Notes under the pieces: generated by a model
Told to the model about the DNA's origin: nothing
The model's database searches: none
What the model saw: only the letters and a program-made list of their open reading frames with translations
Translations under genes and position numbers: made by a program
In this document: positions 53,882-64,000 of the stretch, piece by piece
How the letters are laid out: each line of letters begins with the position of its first letter
Numbering within the stretch: the first letter of the stretch is position 1
NCBI GenBank assembly: GCA_964016885.1
Contig: OZ024746.1
Coordinates: 60,326,001-60,390,000, forward strand
Source of the DNA: Eledone cirrhosa
Taxonomy: Eukaryota
Direction of reading: 5' to 3'
DNA: 64,000 nucleotides

Positions 53882-54559
53882 CCTTACATTTTCTTCTGTT
53901 ATTTTAAAGTATACACACATCCTATAGTGTGTACATATGGCTTTACAGATAATTGACTATTAATTCGTCAATGGTTGGCACAACTGCTCTTGTTAGGGAA
54001 ATCTATGAGTATGCAGCTGTGACAAGCCACATATATTCTAGCCATTAGAAAAAGCAAATTGCTTCAGGATGACTCAAGAATAAGATTTTAAAGCTATATA
54101 TATATATGTGTATGTCTATATATATATATACACACACACATACATATATTTATATGCACGTGTGCATATCTCTCTCTATATATATATGTATATATATCAA
54201 TCTCAATATATGTGTGTAAAGTGGTTGGTGTCAGGAGGAGTATTCAGCCAAAACAAAGTGTATGAGCAGGACCTTGTCACCTGACCTGTCTGGCCTCAGC
54301 ACATGACAGCTATCTAACCCATGTCAGTTAAGAAAATAGTTAAATAGTGATGTTGATGATGATATATACATGTATGCGTTAGGCTTGCAGTGATTAATCA
54401 GTAATGGCCATTTTGCCGATTAATCAGTTTTGATAATCTGCCATTATTGTTTTTTTTTTGTTATTATTGATATACTGGAACAAGAAAACCATGGGTTATA
54501 GAGAAATTCAGAAAACATTGGATTCAACATACAGAAATACATAAGAAATATGTATTATT

Positions 54560-55330
54560 TTTTAGGGCACACAATCTGAGCCCTCGAGTATTATACAAAT
54601 ATTCCTAGTGCTCAAGCATATTATTCATATATATACAGCTGGAAATTGCTTGGGAATGTCCAGGGAGTGTAATTTCCTGTAAGTTAAAGTGTGTCAAAGT
54701 AGAAGAGAGGCCCCCCCTCCCTCTTAACTGTTCAAAGTTATTTTTGCACAATCTTTGCTCTGTAACATGGAGCACTGTTGTGCATGAATTTGCATATGTA
54801 GTTCCAGTTTGTCCTTCAACTGTTCCAGGGAATTTTGGTCATTCATAGTTGTGCGAGGATCAAAGCAACATAAACTGGCTCATCATCTTACTGGATGGAT
54901 GTTCCAATTTATGTATGGATATTTTTCGTCGTATCTTTTTTCCACAAAGTCTTCTGATGTGATGTTGGCGTACTGCAAACTGCTGCAATATTAATTCATT
55001 TGAAAACATGGCCCCACTGCTTTTTTTTTTTTAATGACAGACACTTGTTTTTTTATATTTAATGTCAATCTTGGCTCACAATCAGGCTTGCAAAATTTTA
55101 GCCCAAATTCATAAGCCAGCTAACACGATAAAGTCATATGGCTCACCTAGAAGCAGTGCAGCTCTAGTTCTTTTGCATGCACTTGTAGAAGAATGTGAGA
55201 CAATATTTTTGCTGATACGATCATCTCTAGGGGTAGTTTTTTCTGGGGTGACTGCTTCTCTTTTCTTCAGAATATGAGCCACAAATTCAGTTAATTGGCT
55301 GTTCTCTAGCCCATTTTGACAGAAATTTCA
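54560..55330 (-). pseudogene. Degenerate Tc1-like transposase
   Basis: Minus-strand fragments HPRKTTPRDDRI, FSNE (cf. FSDES), EQLKDKLELHMQIH, APCYRAKIVQ, with many stops and frameshifts. Confidence 0.6.
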
Positions 55331-55589
55331 TTCTTTGTGTAACTTGTGTCCTATAAAGCTACTATTTGGTTTCTTTGAACATCAAAATGTGATTTTTTTT
55401 GCCTATTTTTAAAGTATACACACTTGACGAGAACAGTGCTTTAGAATAAACATATATCCTTTAAACTAGCAAAAAACAAACTATGCTATAGATATTTAAA
55501 GAACGATGCAATAAATTTAAACTATTACGTTCAGCATGCTGCATTTTTTTTTTATGGATTGCTTCTCTTGATATAGCATTATGTATCAA

Positions 55590-55778
55590 GGGCGGTGGAT
55601 TGGCAGTATCGGTAGAGGGTCGGACGCCATGCTTTCCAGCATAGTTACGTCTCTTTACCATATGAGTTCAAATCCCGCCGAGGTTGACTTTGCCTTTCAT
55701 CCTTACGGGGTCGATAAAATAAAGTACCAGTAATGCACTGGTAATTGCTGGCCTTGTGCCTAAAGTAGAAACAATTAT
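55590..55778 (+). mobile_element. Nin/Deu-domain tRNA SINE (Octopus OK-like), representative copy
   Basis: gagttcaaatcc B box, gactttgcctttcatccttacggggtcgataaaataaagtaccag central domain, ...gtagaaacaatt end. Further copies or fragments at about 3265-3367(-), 8875-9017(+), 9540-9650(+), 9860-10035(-), 41720-41915(-), 43315-43698(-), 47330-47405(-), 56758-57112(+) and 63740-63940(+). Confidence 0.82.
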
Positions 55779-55931
55779 GTATTAAGGGGAGGTTACTCTT
55801 TCGTCGCAGTTTGTCGCCAACAGCACAGCGCGTTAAAGATTAAAATCAAAGTGGATGAGGCAATAATTGAAACATTTAAAATTTTTGCCAGCTAATCTTA
55901 AACTTTTGATCATGTCTGTATAAAAACAAAA

Positions 55932-56167
55932 GATGAAGAGTTCAATTTAACGTCCATTTATTATTTAGGAACCATTTCTATAACAATCTTGTTCACAACT
56001 GCAGTGTTATATAATTATTTGCTTAACTATTTGCAGTTAAAATAATTTGTTGTGTCAGCAGACATATATAAAACAGAACTGCAAATGGTTATATAATACA
56101 GGAGCTGCAAACAAGATTGTTACAGATATAATATGTAATAAACAGATGTTATACTGAACTCTTCATC
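55932..56167. mobile_element. Degenerate palindromic MITE-like element
   Basis: gatgaagagttca / tgaactcttcatc termini and internal complementary blocks (taacaatcttgtt / aacaagattgtta). Confidence 0.55.
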
Positions 56168-56439
56168 ATATACAGTTCTGTTCCAGGATTTTCAGTACTA
56201 ATGGAATATATACATATTTTATCTGGATTACATACTACTTCATTTCATCTTGTAGACCAGGTAACAGCAATGTGTGTTGAATGAGATTTAACCCCACCCC
56301 ACACCCCTTACAGATTCTTTGTCTTAAAAACATAACTCTCTCTATATATATATATTTCTATAATATGTTTAAACATGCACATCCACTCACATAAAATCAA
56401 CACTAATACACACATACTTAGTGTTCAATTTACGTTACC

Positions 56440-56724
56440 AATTCTCAGACCGGGTGATGTGTTGTTTCCTTGAGCAAGACACTTTATTTCACATTGCTCC
56501 AGTTTACTCAGCTGTAGAAACGAGATGATAGGGACTGGGGTCCCTATCATTCTACTGCAAAGTGGTTGTGGAGGTGCCACGGCAAAAAAGCACCCAGCAC
56601 TCATTGTAAATGAGGCTGGTGTTAGGAAGGGCATCCAGCTGTAGAAATCAAGCCAGAATCAGTTCCCGTCCCACCCTTGCAAGCAGGGAAAAGCAGACGT
56701 AAAATGATGATGATGATGATGATG
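56440..56724 (+). mobile_element. tRNA/CORE-type SINE, 5'-truncated
   Basis: Matches 43764-44043 and has a (GAT)n tail. Lies in a BRIP1 intron. Confidence 0.85.
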
Positions 56725-57729
56725 AATACTACCTAACAGTTTGTCTTGTTTACTCTCATTGGCAGTATCGGTAGAGGGTTGGACACCATGCTTTGACGCA
56801 AAGAGTTACGGCCCTTGCCATTCTGAGTTCAAATCCCACCGAGGTTAACTTTGCCTTTCATCCTTACAGGGTCGATAAAATAAAGTACCAGTAATACACT
56901 GGGTAATTGTTGGACTTGTGCCAAAAGTAGAAACAATTATTATACTGACTAGGCGGGATTTGAACTCAGATCATAGAGTTAGCTCCCTTTATGATCTGAG
57001 TTCAAATCCCGCCGAGGTTAACTTTGCTTTTCATCCTTACGGGGTCGATAAAATAAAGTATCAGTAATGTACTGGGTAATTGCTGGCCTTGTGTCAAAAG
57101 TAGAAACAATTATTATACTGGCTACCTTTTATTTTTTGTCTCTTTTCTTTGGTGATCCTGTCTATTTTTTGTACTCCTGAAGAAAAGCTAAAGCTTAACA
57201 CATTGAACTTTCTTACCCCTTTTCCATATCAAGCATGAAATTAATAGGACTTTCACCATCTCTTCATTATAATTCTTCCACTCACCTATCACACATACAC
57301 AAACATTCCTTCTAGCAATAAAAACGAACTAAAACTGACCACCATAAATGAATGTGAATCGGTATATACTGTTCCAAAGCCCTAAGAAGTTCATTCTGTC
57401 TTTACCATAACAGAAGTCCAACAAGCTTTTGATTCCAGAGTTGGGCCAGATCAATACAGATTGAACCCTGAGCTGACCAATCACGAAACGCGCGTCACAA
57501 CTCAATAAATATAATGAAGACCTAACGCTACATCCTTTTTATTATTAGTATATATATATACATATACACTTCAATAAAACACTCAAGAAACCTCCAATAA
57601 GATAAGATAACACATCATAGGAAACCAACTAAACTTCTGCAGATGTGAACTGCAACAACAATAAATTATCTTAGTATTATTTCTGGCAAAGGTTGTTGTC
57701 ACTTGTTTCTCACTATCATTTCTTCTCAG

Positions 57730-57841
57730 ATTCTCAGTGGATTGGACAAAAGGTTGAACTGTTTGTTGGAAAGCCCGACTGGAAGTGGTAAAACACTCTC
57801 TCTACTCTGTTCCAGTTTAGCTTGGCAGAAAACTGAGGCTG
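57730..57841 (+). CDS. BRIP1: BRIP1 coding exon 2 (Walker A)
   Basis: ttctcag acceptor, 112 nt encoding [42 protein letters not shown] donor. [11 protein letters not shown]-x-L-x-LLCS-x-LAWQ is closer to FANCJ than to RTEL1 or DDX11. Confidence 0.93.
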
Positions 57842-58052
57842 GTGAGTTGATTCTGTCTTTCTATCTTGTGTATAATAAAAATGAAGTGATACCAGTGTGA
57901 AACTGTTTTGATAAGCAGTATGACTACCAAAATACGGCAATATCTTGCAAAATAAATGCAAAACTGAAACACACAAACACATACATGTATTTTATTTTAT
58001 TTTTTACTGATTTCAATCATTAAGCTGCAGCCATACTGAGGCACTGCCTTAA

Positions 58053-58257
58053 CTCTTTAGCATTTACATTCTATATATACTATTATATTTTCATGGTAAA
58101 AGCTTTATCTCACATAATATCGAATCTATGAGATTTTGATATTATTCATTTTGAGAACAATACCTTAACATCAGTATGAGTGGATAGTTACAGCTGGTTT
58201 GAACAGAAAGAGGTGAGAGAATTCTGGCTGGATACAGCCGGTTTATATGCTAAAGGG
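58053..58257. mobile_element. piggyBac-type MITE, same family
   Basis: TTAA-ctctttagcattta ... tatatgctaaaggg-TTAA. Confidence 0.82.
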
Positions 58258-58671
58258 TTAAGAGGATTCATTTTATCACTGAAGGGAATGTTATATGCAT
58301 ATGTGAGCAGAATTTAAATTTTTATTTTCCTGGGGGAAAAAAAAGGTGATAGTGGTTTCAAGGTTTTGACAATGTAGTTTTTTTTTTTTTTCAAATTAGA
58401 GAGAGAGAGAGAGAGAGACAAAAATCTTTCCTACACTTTCGATTTGCTAAAATCATTCAGAAGTCAATGATCAGCTTGAGGTTGTAGTAGAAGATAATAC
58501 TTCCAGGTGCCATGCAGTGAGATAGAACTCAAAACCACTTGGTTGCAAAGCAAATCATCTTAACCCCACAAATTGCTCCTTTCTTTTTACCTTCTAAATA
58601 ACATCATCATCACCACCATCATTGACATCATTATGACCAGCATAATAATAATGTTATTCTCTCTGTTGCAG

Positions 58672-58707
58672 CTAAAGTTGAAATATTGAATAAAGAAAAC
58701 CAAAAAA
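58672..58707 (+). CDS. BRIP1: BRIP1 36-nt micro-exon (candidate)
   Basis: ctctctgttgcag acceptor and GTAAGA donor, phase 1-1, reads (A)KVEILNKENQK. Supported only by splice signals and frame. Confidence 0.6.
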
Positions 58708-58794
58708 GTAAGAATTCTTTACATATTTCTTTATATTAGTGGTGTGAGTGTGACTAGAGATAGTTGAGTGTGAGTAGAAATGTCTGAGTAAGAA

Positions 58795-59165
58795 TAGAGA
58801 TGTCTGAGTGGAAGGAATGTTCTATTGATGGTAGGAGTAGAGATGTGTGAGTGGAAGGAGTGTTCTATTGATTGTAGGAGTAGATATGTCTGAGTGGAAG
58901 GAGTGTTCTATTGGTGGTAGGAGTAGATATGTCTGAGTGGAAGGAGTGTTCTATTGATGGTAGGAGTAGATATGTCTGAGTGGAAGGAGTGTTCTATTGA
59001 TGGTAGGAGTAGATATGTCTGAGTGGAAGGAGTGTTCTATTGATGGTAGGAGTAGATATGTCTGAGTGGAAGGAGTGTTCTATTGATGGTAGGAGTAGAT
59101 ATGTCTGAGTGGAAGGAGTGTTCTATTGATGCTAGGAGTGTTCTATTGATGGTGGGAGTAGAGAT
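58795..59165 (+). repeat. 43-bp minisatellite, about 8 copies, in a BRIP1 intron
   Basis: Unit gagtggaaggagtgttctattgatggtaggagtagatatgtct at 58806, 58849, 58892 and onward to 59107. Confidence 0.92.
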
Positions 59166-59306
59166 GGTTGGGTTTGAATGACCGTTCTATTGATGGTGGG
59201 AGTAGCAATGGCTGAGTGGGAGAGGTGAGGTGGCGCAGTGATTGGGATTAGAAACAACAATAAGGAATTCTATAGAATCATTAAAAATGTGATTGTTTTC
59301 CCTCAG

Positions 59307-59411
59307 ATATCTGTGAGTTTTGCTGGAATCCCCATCAATACCATCTGAAGTACCATGTCCTGCCAGAACAGAAGACAACCAAAGGGACACAGAAGAAAGA
59401 TTCTAAAAAAA
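59307..59411 (+). CDS. BRIP1: BRIP1 coding exon (105 nt)
   Basis: ttttccctcag acceptor and GTAAGA donor, phase 1-1, open frame NICEFCWNPHQYHLKYHVLPEQKTTKGTQKKDSKK. Confidence 0.7.
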
Positions 59412-60832
59412 GTAAGAGATCTTCGTCTTTTAATGTTTTTTTTTTTTTTTAACCATATTTCTAATGGAAGTCACTGTCTATGATTTTCAAATATTTTTAA
59501 AAATAATCAAAGGATTTAGTTATATAACTAACTATCTTAATATTAACTTGGTGTTTGGAGTACAACTTAAAGAGATTTAGATAAATACAAACACTTTAAA
59601 CCTTGTATTGTTATATTCCTAACGCAAGACACTGTCTATGATTTTCTAAATAATTTTGTAAAATGGTTGTTGCCTCAAGACCCCAGCAGACAGAATTGTG
59701 AAGACATTTTCCCAGGGGATGATCAAGGATGATGCACTGTATGAATGTTAAAAGTATATTTAAGATTAAGATAGACTCAGTACATACAGATATGCTGATA
59801 CTATTGCATCCAAATTCAGAGAATTCCCTGAGCAAACTAAAGACGTTGAAACAGAGTGGAAACTGTTCAGCTTGGCAGTTTATGTTTTGGCTGTTAAATG
59901 CAGTGGGTGAAAGCGGCTTGATCTGGTGCTGGGTGACAGGAGGACTCTTTGATTAAATCACGAGGTCAAAGATGCCTTCCGAGCAAAAGAGGCTTACAAA
60001 GCTTGGCTTGAAAAGTGGTCTTCTTTCTTGCTCTTGTGGTACTAACAGGTGTGAAAATTCACAGCAGAGGCAGTAGAGGCATCCAAAGTTAAGACAGGAG
60101 GCAGAATTTAGTGCAAGAATTGCAGAAGCTGGTGTATTAATGCACCAGCTTCAACATTAGATCATAAGAAGAGAGGCAGGTGTAAAATCTAAACTCATTA
60201 TCTTTAATTCGGTATTTGCGTCAACCTTTACTTCTGGTTATGAGTGACTGACTGAATACAATTGCGAATACAAGTGGCCCACATTGAGTTCCTTTGAAAG
60301 GTCTTTGGAGTAACATTATTCAATAGAGTGCATATCAAAAGGGTTAAGAACAAATAAGGGTTGGTTTTGGGAGAGGGCATCTGGCCATAACACACTGCCT
60401 CAGAAAGTATTAGCCAATTCATTGAAAACATGGAAAATAGATATAAAAATGACAGTGATTATGATTAATATTGGGGTAGGAGACCCTTAACGCATTTTAA
60501 TTTTTAGTTATCTTTTTAACCCTTTCATACCACAGTACCCAAAACTAACTTTGGCTTTACTGTACAAAACTGTTTATTTTAAAGTGTTTTTGTTTATTTA
60601 AAAATTGTCCATCATAATTTTATGTTAGAACCTTTGTTATGTTATGTTCCAAACACCAACTTAATAATGAAAAAGACATATTACTAAACAACTCCAAATT
60701 TGTGGTTATTTTCAAAATAATTTGAAAATCACAGGCAGTGTCTTATATTAGTAATCATTATTATCATCATTTATCATGGTAATGGAATTAAATATATCAA
60801 CACTAACTTATCTATTGTTCTTGTTTCTGTAG

Positions 60833-60996
60833 AGAAGTGCAAGAGTAACACTGAGGTAGAGGAAGAGAAGGAAGAGGAAAAGACTTGTAACAAGGAATCT
60901 GATGTCGTGAAACAGGCCGAGGAAAGTTCTTCACAGCAGGATGATGATGACTTTAGAGACTTCTCAGAATTGGTAAAAGCACGACATGGTGGTCAG
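60833..60996 (+). CDS. BRIP1: BRIP1 coding exon (acidic linker); gene continues beyond the window
   Basis: ttgtttctgtag acceptor, open frame KKCKSNTEVEEEKEEEKTCNKESDVVKQAEESSSQQDDDDFRDFSELVKARHGGQ, GTAAC donor. DDDF resembles the FANCJ ENDDFQ segment. Confidence 0.75.
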
Positions 60997-61229
60997 GTAA
61001 CACTGCTAACATTACATTACACTTCTACACTATTTTCAACTCCCAATGATGGGAAGTGAGATCAGTGGCATAAAAAGTGGGATGCGAAGACACTTCTGGT
61101 GCCCCACCATAACCCTCACAATACCATATTTCTAATAAAAGATGCTGTCTACAATTTTCAAATCATTTTGAAAATAATCAAGAATTTGGAGGGATTTAAT
61201 AACATAACATAATGTTCTACCTTTCTCTC

Positions 61230-62330
61230 TAAGGGAGAAGCCCATTTTTATACTGGCTACAACACTTTCACAATATCCTCCCCAACTGTTGATACAGTCA
61301 CTTAGGTAATAAATATTGTCGACAACTTCTAGGAAGCCTTCTGGACAATTGAAGCAATTTTATATGTGTTCGTAGTGCTTACTTCTCTTTTACATCTGCT
61401 GCATACAAAGTCTATTTTCTCTATTAATTTGCCTGTAATCTCACTACATCTTTTGTGTACAACTTAAGGAATTTCTACCCACCCTTTTTTCAATATATTC
61501 AACAAGGCCACTTCCCTGATAGTTCTTGTCTTCTTTCCTACTTATCAGTACATTGGTCCTTGCTAAATTTATTTTTAGGCCTTTCAATTTTTCTTCTAAG
61601 TCTGGAATTTTGCCTCTGACTCTTTCAAGGATTTGTTTATAAGGACAGATCATCAACAGACAGGTACCATTGGGTGCCGGTCTTAAACACCTCTTTTATG
61701 GTCTGGAGAACAACTTGATGCCTCTATCTAGTGCATCTCCTTTATCCTTGTAGCAATTTACAATCATACTGCTACGCTAGCCGTTGGGTATGGCATCATC
61801 CTGCACTATTTGATTAACTATGTATCTGACTAACTCACAACCAACCATGGATGGTTTTAACATCTCAGCTGCCTTCCCTACCTTCATATACTTAATTATT
61901 TTGTCTATCATGCTGCTGTCAAATTTTAGGGTTAGTCCCTCAGTTGGGTGTACATGATGTAGCTATTTAGTATTTCTTGTTGTTTCCTCCTTTCCTCTAG
62001 TCTTTCCAGGCCTGATTTTCAGCTTTTTGTTTATGGCTCTATTTACCCTATCATTCCACCACCATGTCACCTTCCATCTTACCTTGCTCCAGCCACAGAT
62101 TTAGTCTGTAACTTTCAGCATGTTGTCTCATAGAAATTTTTCTCTATGCTATAGGTCTGCATCTTCTTTTCTTTTACTATCCTGTCAAGTAGGATTTCTC
62201 TGAATTTGTTGCCAGCTGAGGGTGCCTTCAGTTTTTATGTCCTTTTACTCCAGATTAGCTATTGCCTCCAAGATCATTTGGCCTTTTCTCTAAGTTCACC
62301 AATAACTAATTTTTGCATGAGTCCTGCAAT
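61230..62330 (-). mobile_element. Degraded RTE LINE fragment
   Basis: Patchy similarity to 23500-25250, e.g. ttccaccaccatgt (TWWWN) and tctatctag..catctcctttatccttgtagca. Confidence 0.65.
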
Positions 62331-62379
62331 ACTCCATGCCAGAGAGACAAAGACCTTGATTGCAGAGAACCAAATGTAG

Positions 62380-63295
62380 TCTAGAAAGAAATCAAGCGAG
62401 CATACTCTAGTGGATGTGTAATGTACATGAATGGCATATCATAAGTGAGCTGAGAGAAAAACTCTATAAGAGTGGTCTGATGCAATAGTATGGATTTATG
62501 ATGTATATGGAAGATGATAACGGTATAAATAATTGCAGAGAAATCTCAGTGGATGGGACTGGTGCAAGAGGTAGACCTGGAAAGACACGGGGTAAAGTAG
62601 TAAAGACTGACTTTAAGAAGCTGACAGTACCTCTAGCTCTAGTGTTGGTGATCTACATGATAAATCCACCCAGTTCACTCTGTAAAGAGATTTGTGATAA
62701 GAAGACTTGCCAAAGAAAAGGTTGGGAAGACTCTTTAGTTGTATCAAAGATATGACAACTTCCCTACTGCTGGTGCCACTATAAAATGTACTTGGTAGAG
62801 TGCAGTAACATATGTAAGCAAGAAGCAGGTCTCAAGCCCATCTGTGAAGGTGCCACCATAAAATGCACACCGTCCACTTGGTACAGTGTGGGAACTTATG
62901 TAAGCAGGATGTGGAACCCCAATCCATCCAATAGGTCAGTAGCTCCACTTAAGTACTTAGTTAGAAAGTAGATATCAAATGATGATGTTTGGAGCATAAC
63001 TTAAAATAGGTTCTTACATAAAATTATGATGGATAGATAAATTAGTGCCATGACAAAAAAGCATCCAGTCTGCCCTGTTTGGTGGTTGTACTGCTGTGAC
63101 AACAAAAAAGCATCCAGTCTGTTCTGTAAAGTGGTTGTAGTGGTGTCATGATAAAAGCTCCCATTACACACTGTAATGTTGTTGGCATTAGGAAGTGCAT
63201 CCATCCGTAGAAAACACTAGCCAAAATCAGATCTGTACAAGCAAGACATGGTTATCTAACCCATGGAAGATGTACGTTAAATAGAGATGATGATC
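62380..63295 (+). mobile_element. Degraded RTE 3' end and UTR
   Basis: GARGRPGKT motif, 3'UTR blocks ggaagtgcatcc...gtagaaa and (GAT)n tail. Confidence 0.6.
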
Positions 63296-64000
63296 ATAAA
63301 CACTTTTAGAATGACCATCATCATCAATTGATATCTGTCTTCCTGGCTAGCAAGGGTTGGATGGGTCTTCACAAACCATGACCATACTCAAGGGAAGCTA
63401 TTGACCCCTTGGACAGGGTGAGAGTGCCTACATCTCACTTACATACTTACATATATTCCTGTGCTCTACCAAATGCATTTTATCATGGCACCTGCACTAG
63501 AAAGGTTTTCAGTCATTAACTCCAATGTAGAGCCCTCTCTACCCTATGGGGGAGGATGATAAGTATGATGTCATGCATGTATGACACGTGTGAACACACT
63601 GCCTATTATTTTCACATAGTTTGAGAATAATCAAGGTAAGAGGTGGGTTGCGTTGGGGATAAATGAATATATTTTTTTCAAATCCATGCCAGCATGGAAA
63701 AGGGATGAATTAACTTTCTCGTTATTAAGCTGAAGTTTAGGGTGGTTGATTGGCTGAATCAGTAGAACGTTCAGCAATATGCTGTGAGGCATAGAGTTAC
63801 GTCCCTTTACATCTGAGATCAAAGTTAGCTTTGTCTTTCATCCTTACATGGTCGATAACTAAAGCACCAGTAATGCACTGGGATCGATTTTATTGACTTT
63901 CTTCTCCCAAAAAATTGTTATCCTTGTGCCTAAATGTAAAACCTTTATTAACCTTCTGGAGGCTCCAGGAGCATTAAGTCGCCGATAGAGTAATCTCCCA

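Noticed and set aside
57330-57560. Possible Helitron-like end
   Set aside because: Only a weak terminal resemblance, with no second copy or 3' hairpin identified in the window.
57730-57841. RTEL1, DDX11 or XPD identity for the helicase
   Set aside because: The IGG-x-K-x-x-FP and YPSQ-x-x-MMN motifs and SPTGSGK...LLCS-x-LAWQ fit FANCJ better.
58795-59165. CRISPR-like array
   Set aside because: Units are contiguous with no unique spacers, in a eukaryotic intron. It is a minisatellite.

Overview
AT-rich eukaryotic (animal) genomic DNA. The SINE families, RTE LINEs and very long (TA/TG)n tracts point to a coleoid cephalopod, probably Octopus (inference). The right half holds two spliced genes lying head-to-head. 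IFT22/RABL5 is complete (6 exons, minus strand, 49243->42128, 188 aa) and has an RFX X-box next to its start. BRIP1/FANCJ is represented by its first five coding exons (plus strand, from 52686) and runs off the window. Between a 200-N gap (10061-10260) and about 41200 lies a ~31 kb strand-asymmetric TA/TG microsatellite field with many retroelement insertions. These include two Penelope-like (Naiad-type) elements with inverted pseudo-LTR arms. Each arm carries an NRF1-like motif, a YY1-like motif, a minimal hammerhead ribozyme and the element's own ORF start (MTLPK...), pointing outward into stop-free repeat. The field also holds RTE LINEs (one fused to a tRNA-SINE head), an R4/Dong-like fragment, two short RTE-derived elements and CORE-type SINEs. 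The long Y/I/C/V/M/H/T ORFs in the ORF track are translated microsatellite, not genes. The rest of the window contains Nin-domain SINEs, piggyBac-type MITEs, a Tc1 remnant, old LINE fragments and a 43-bp minisatellite.
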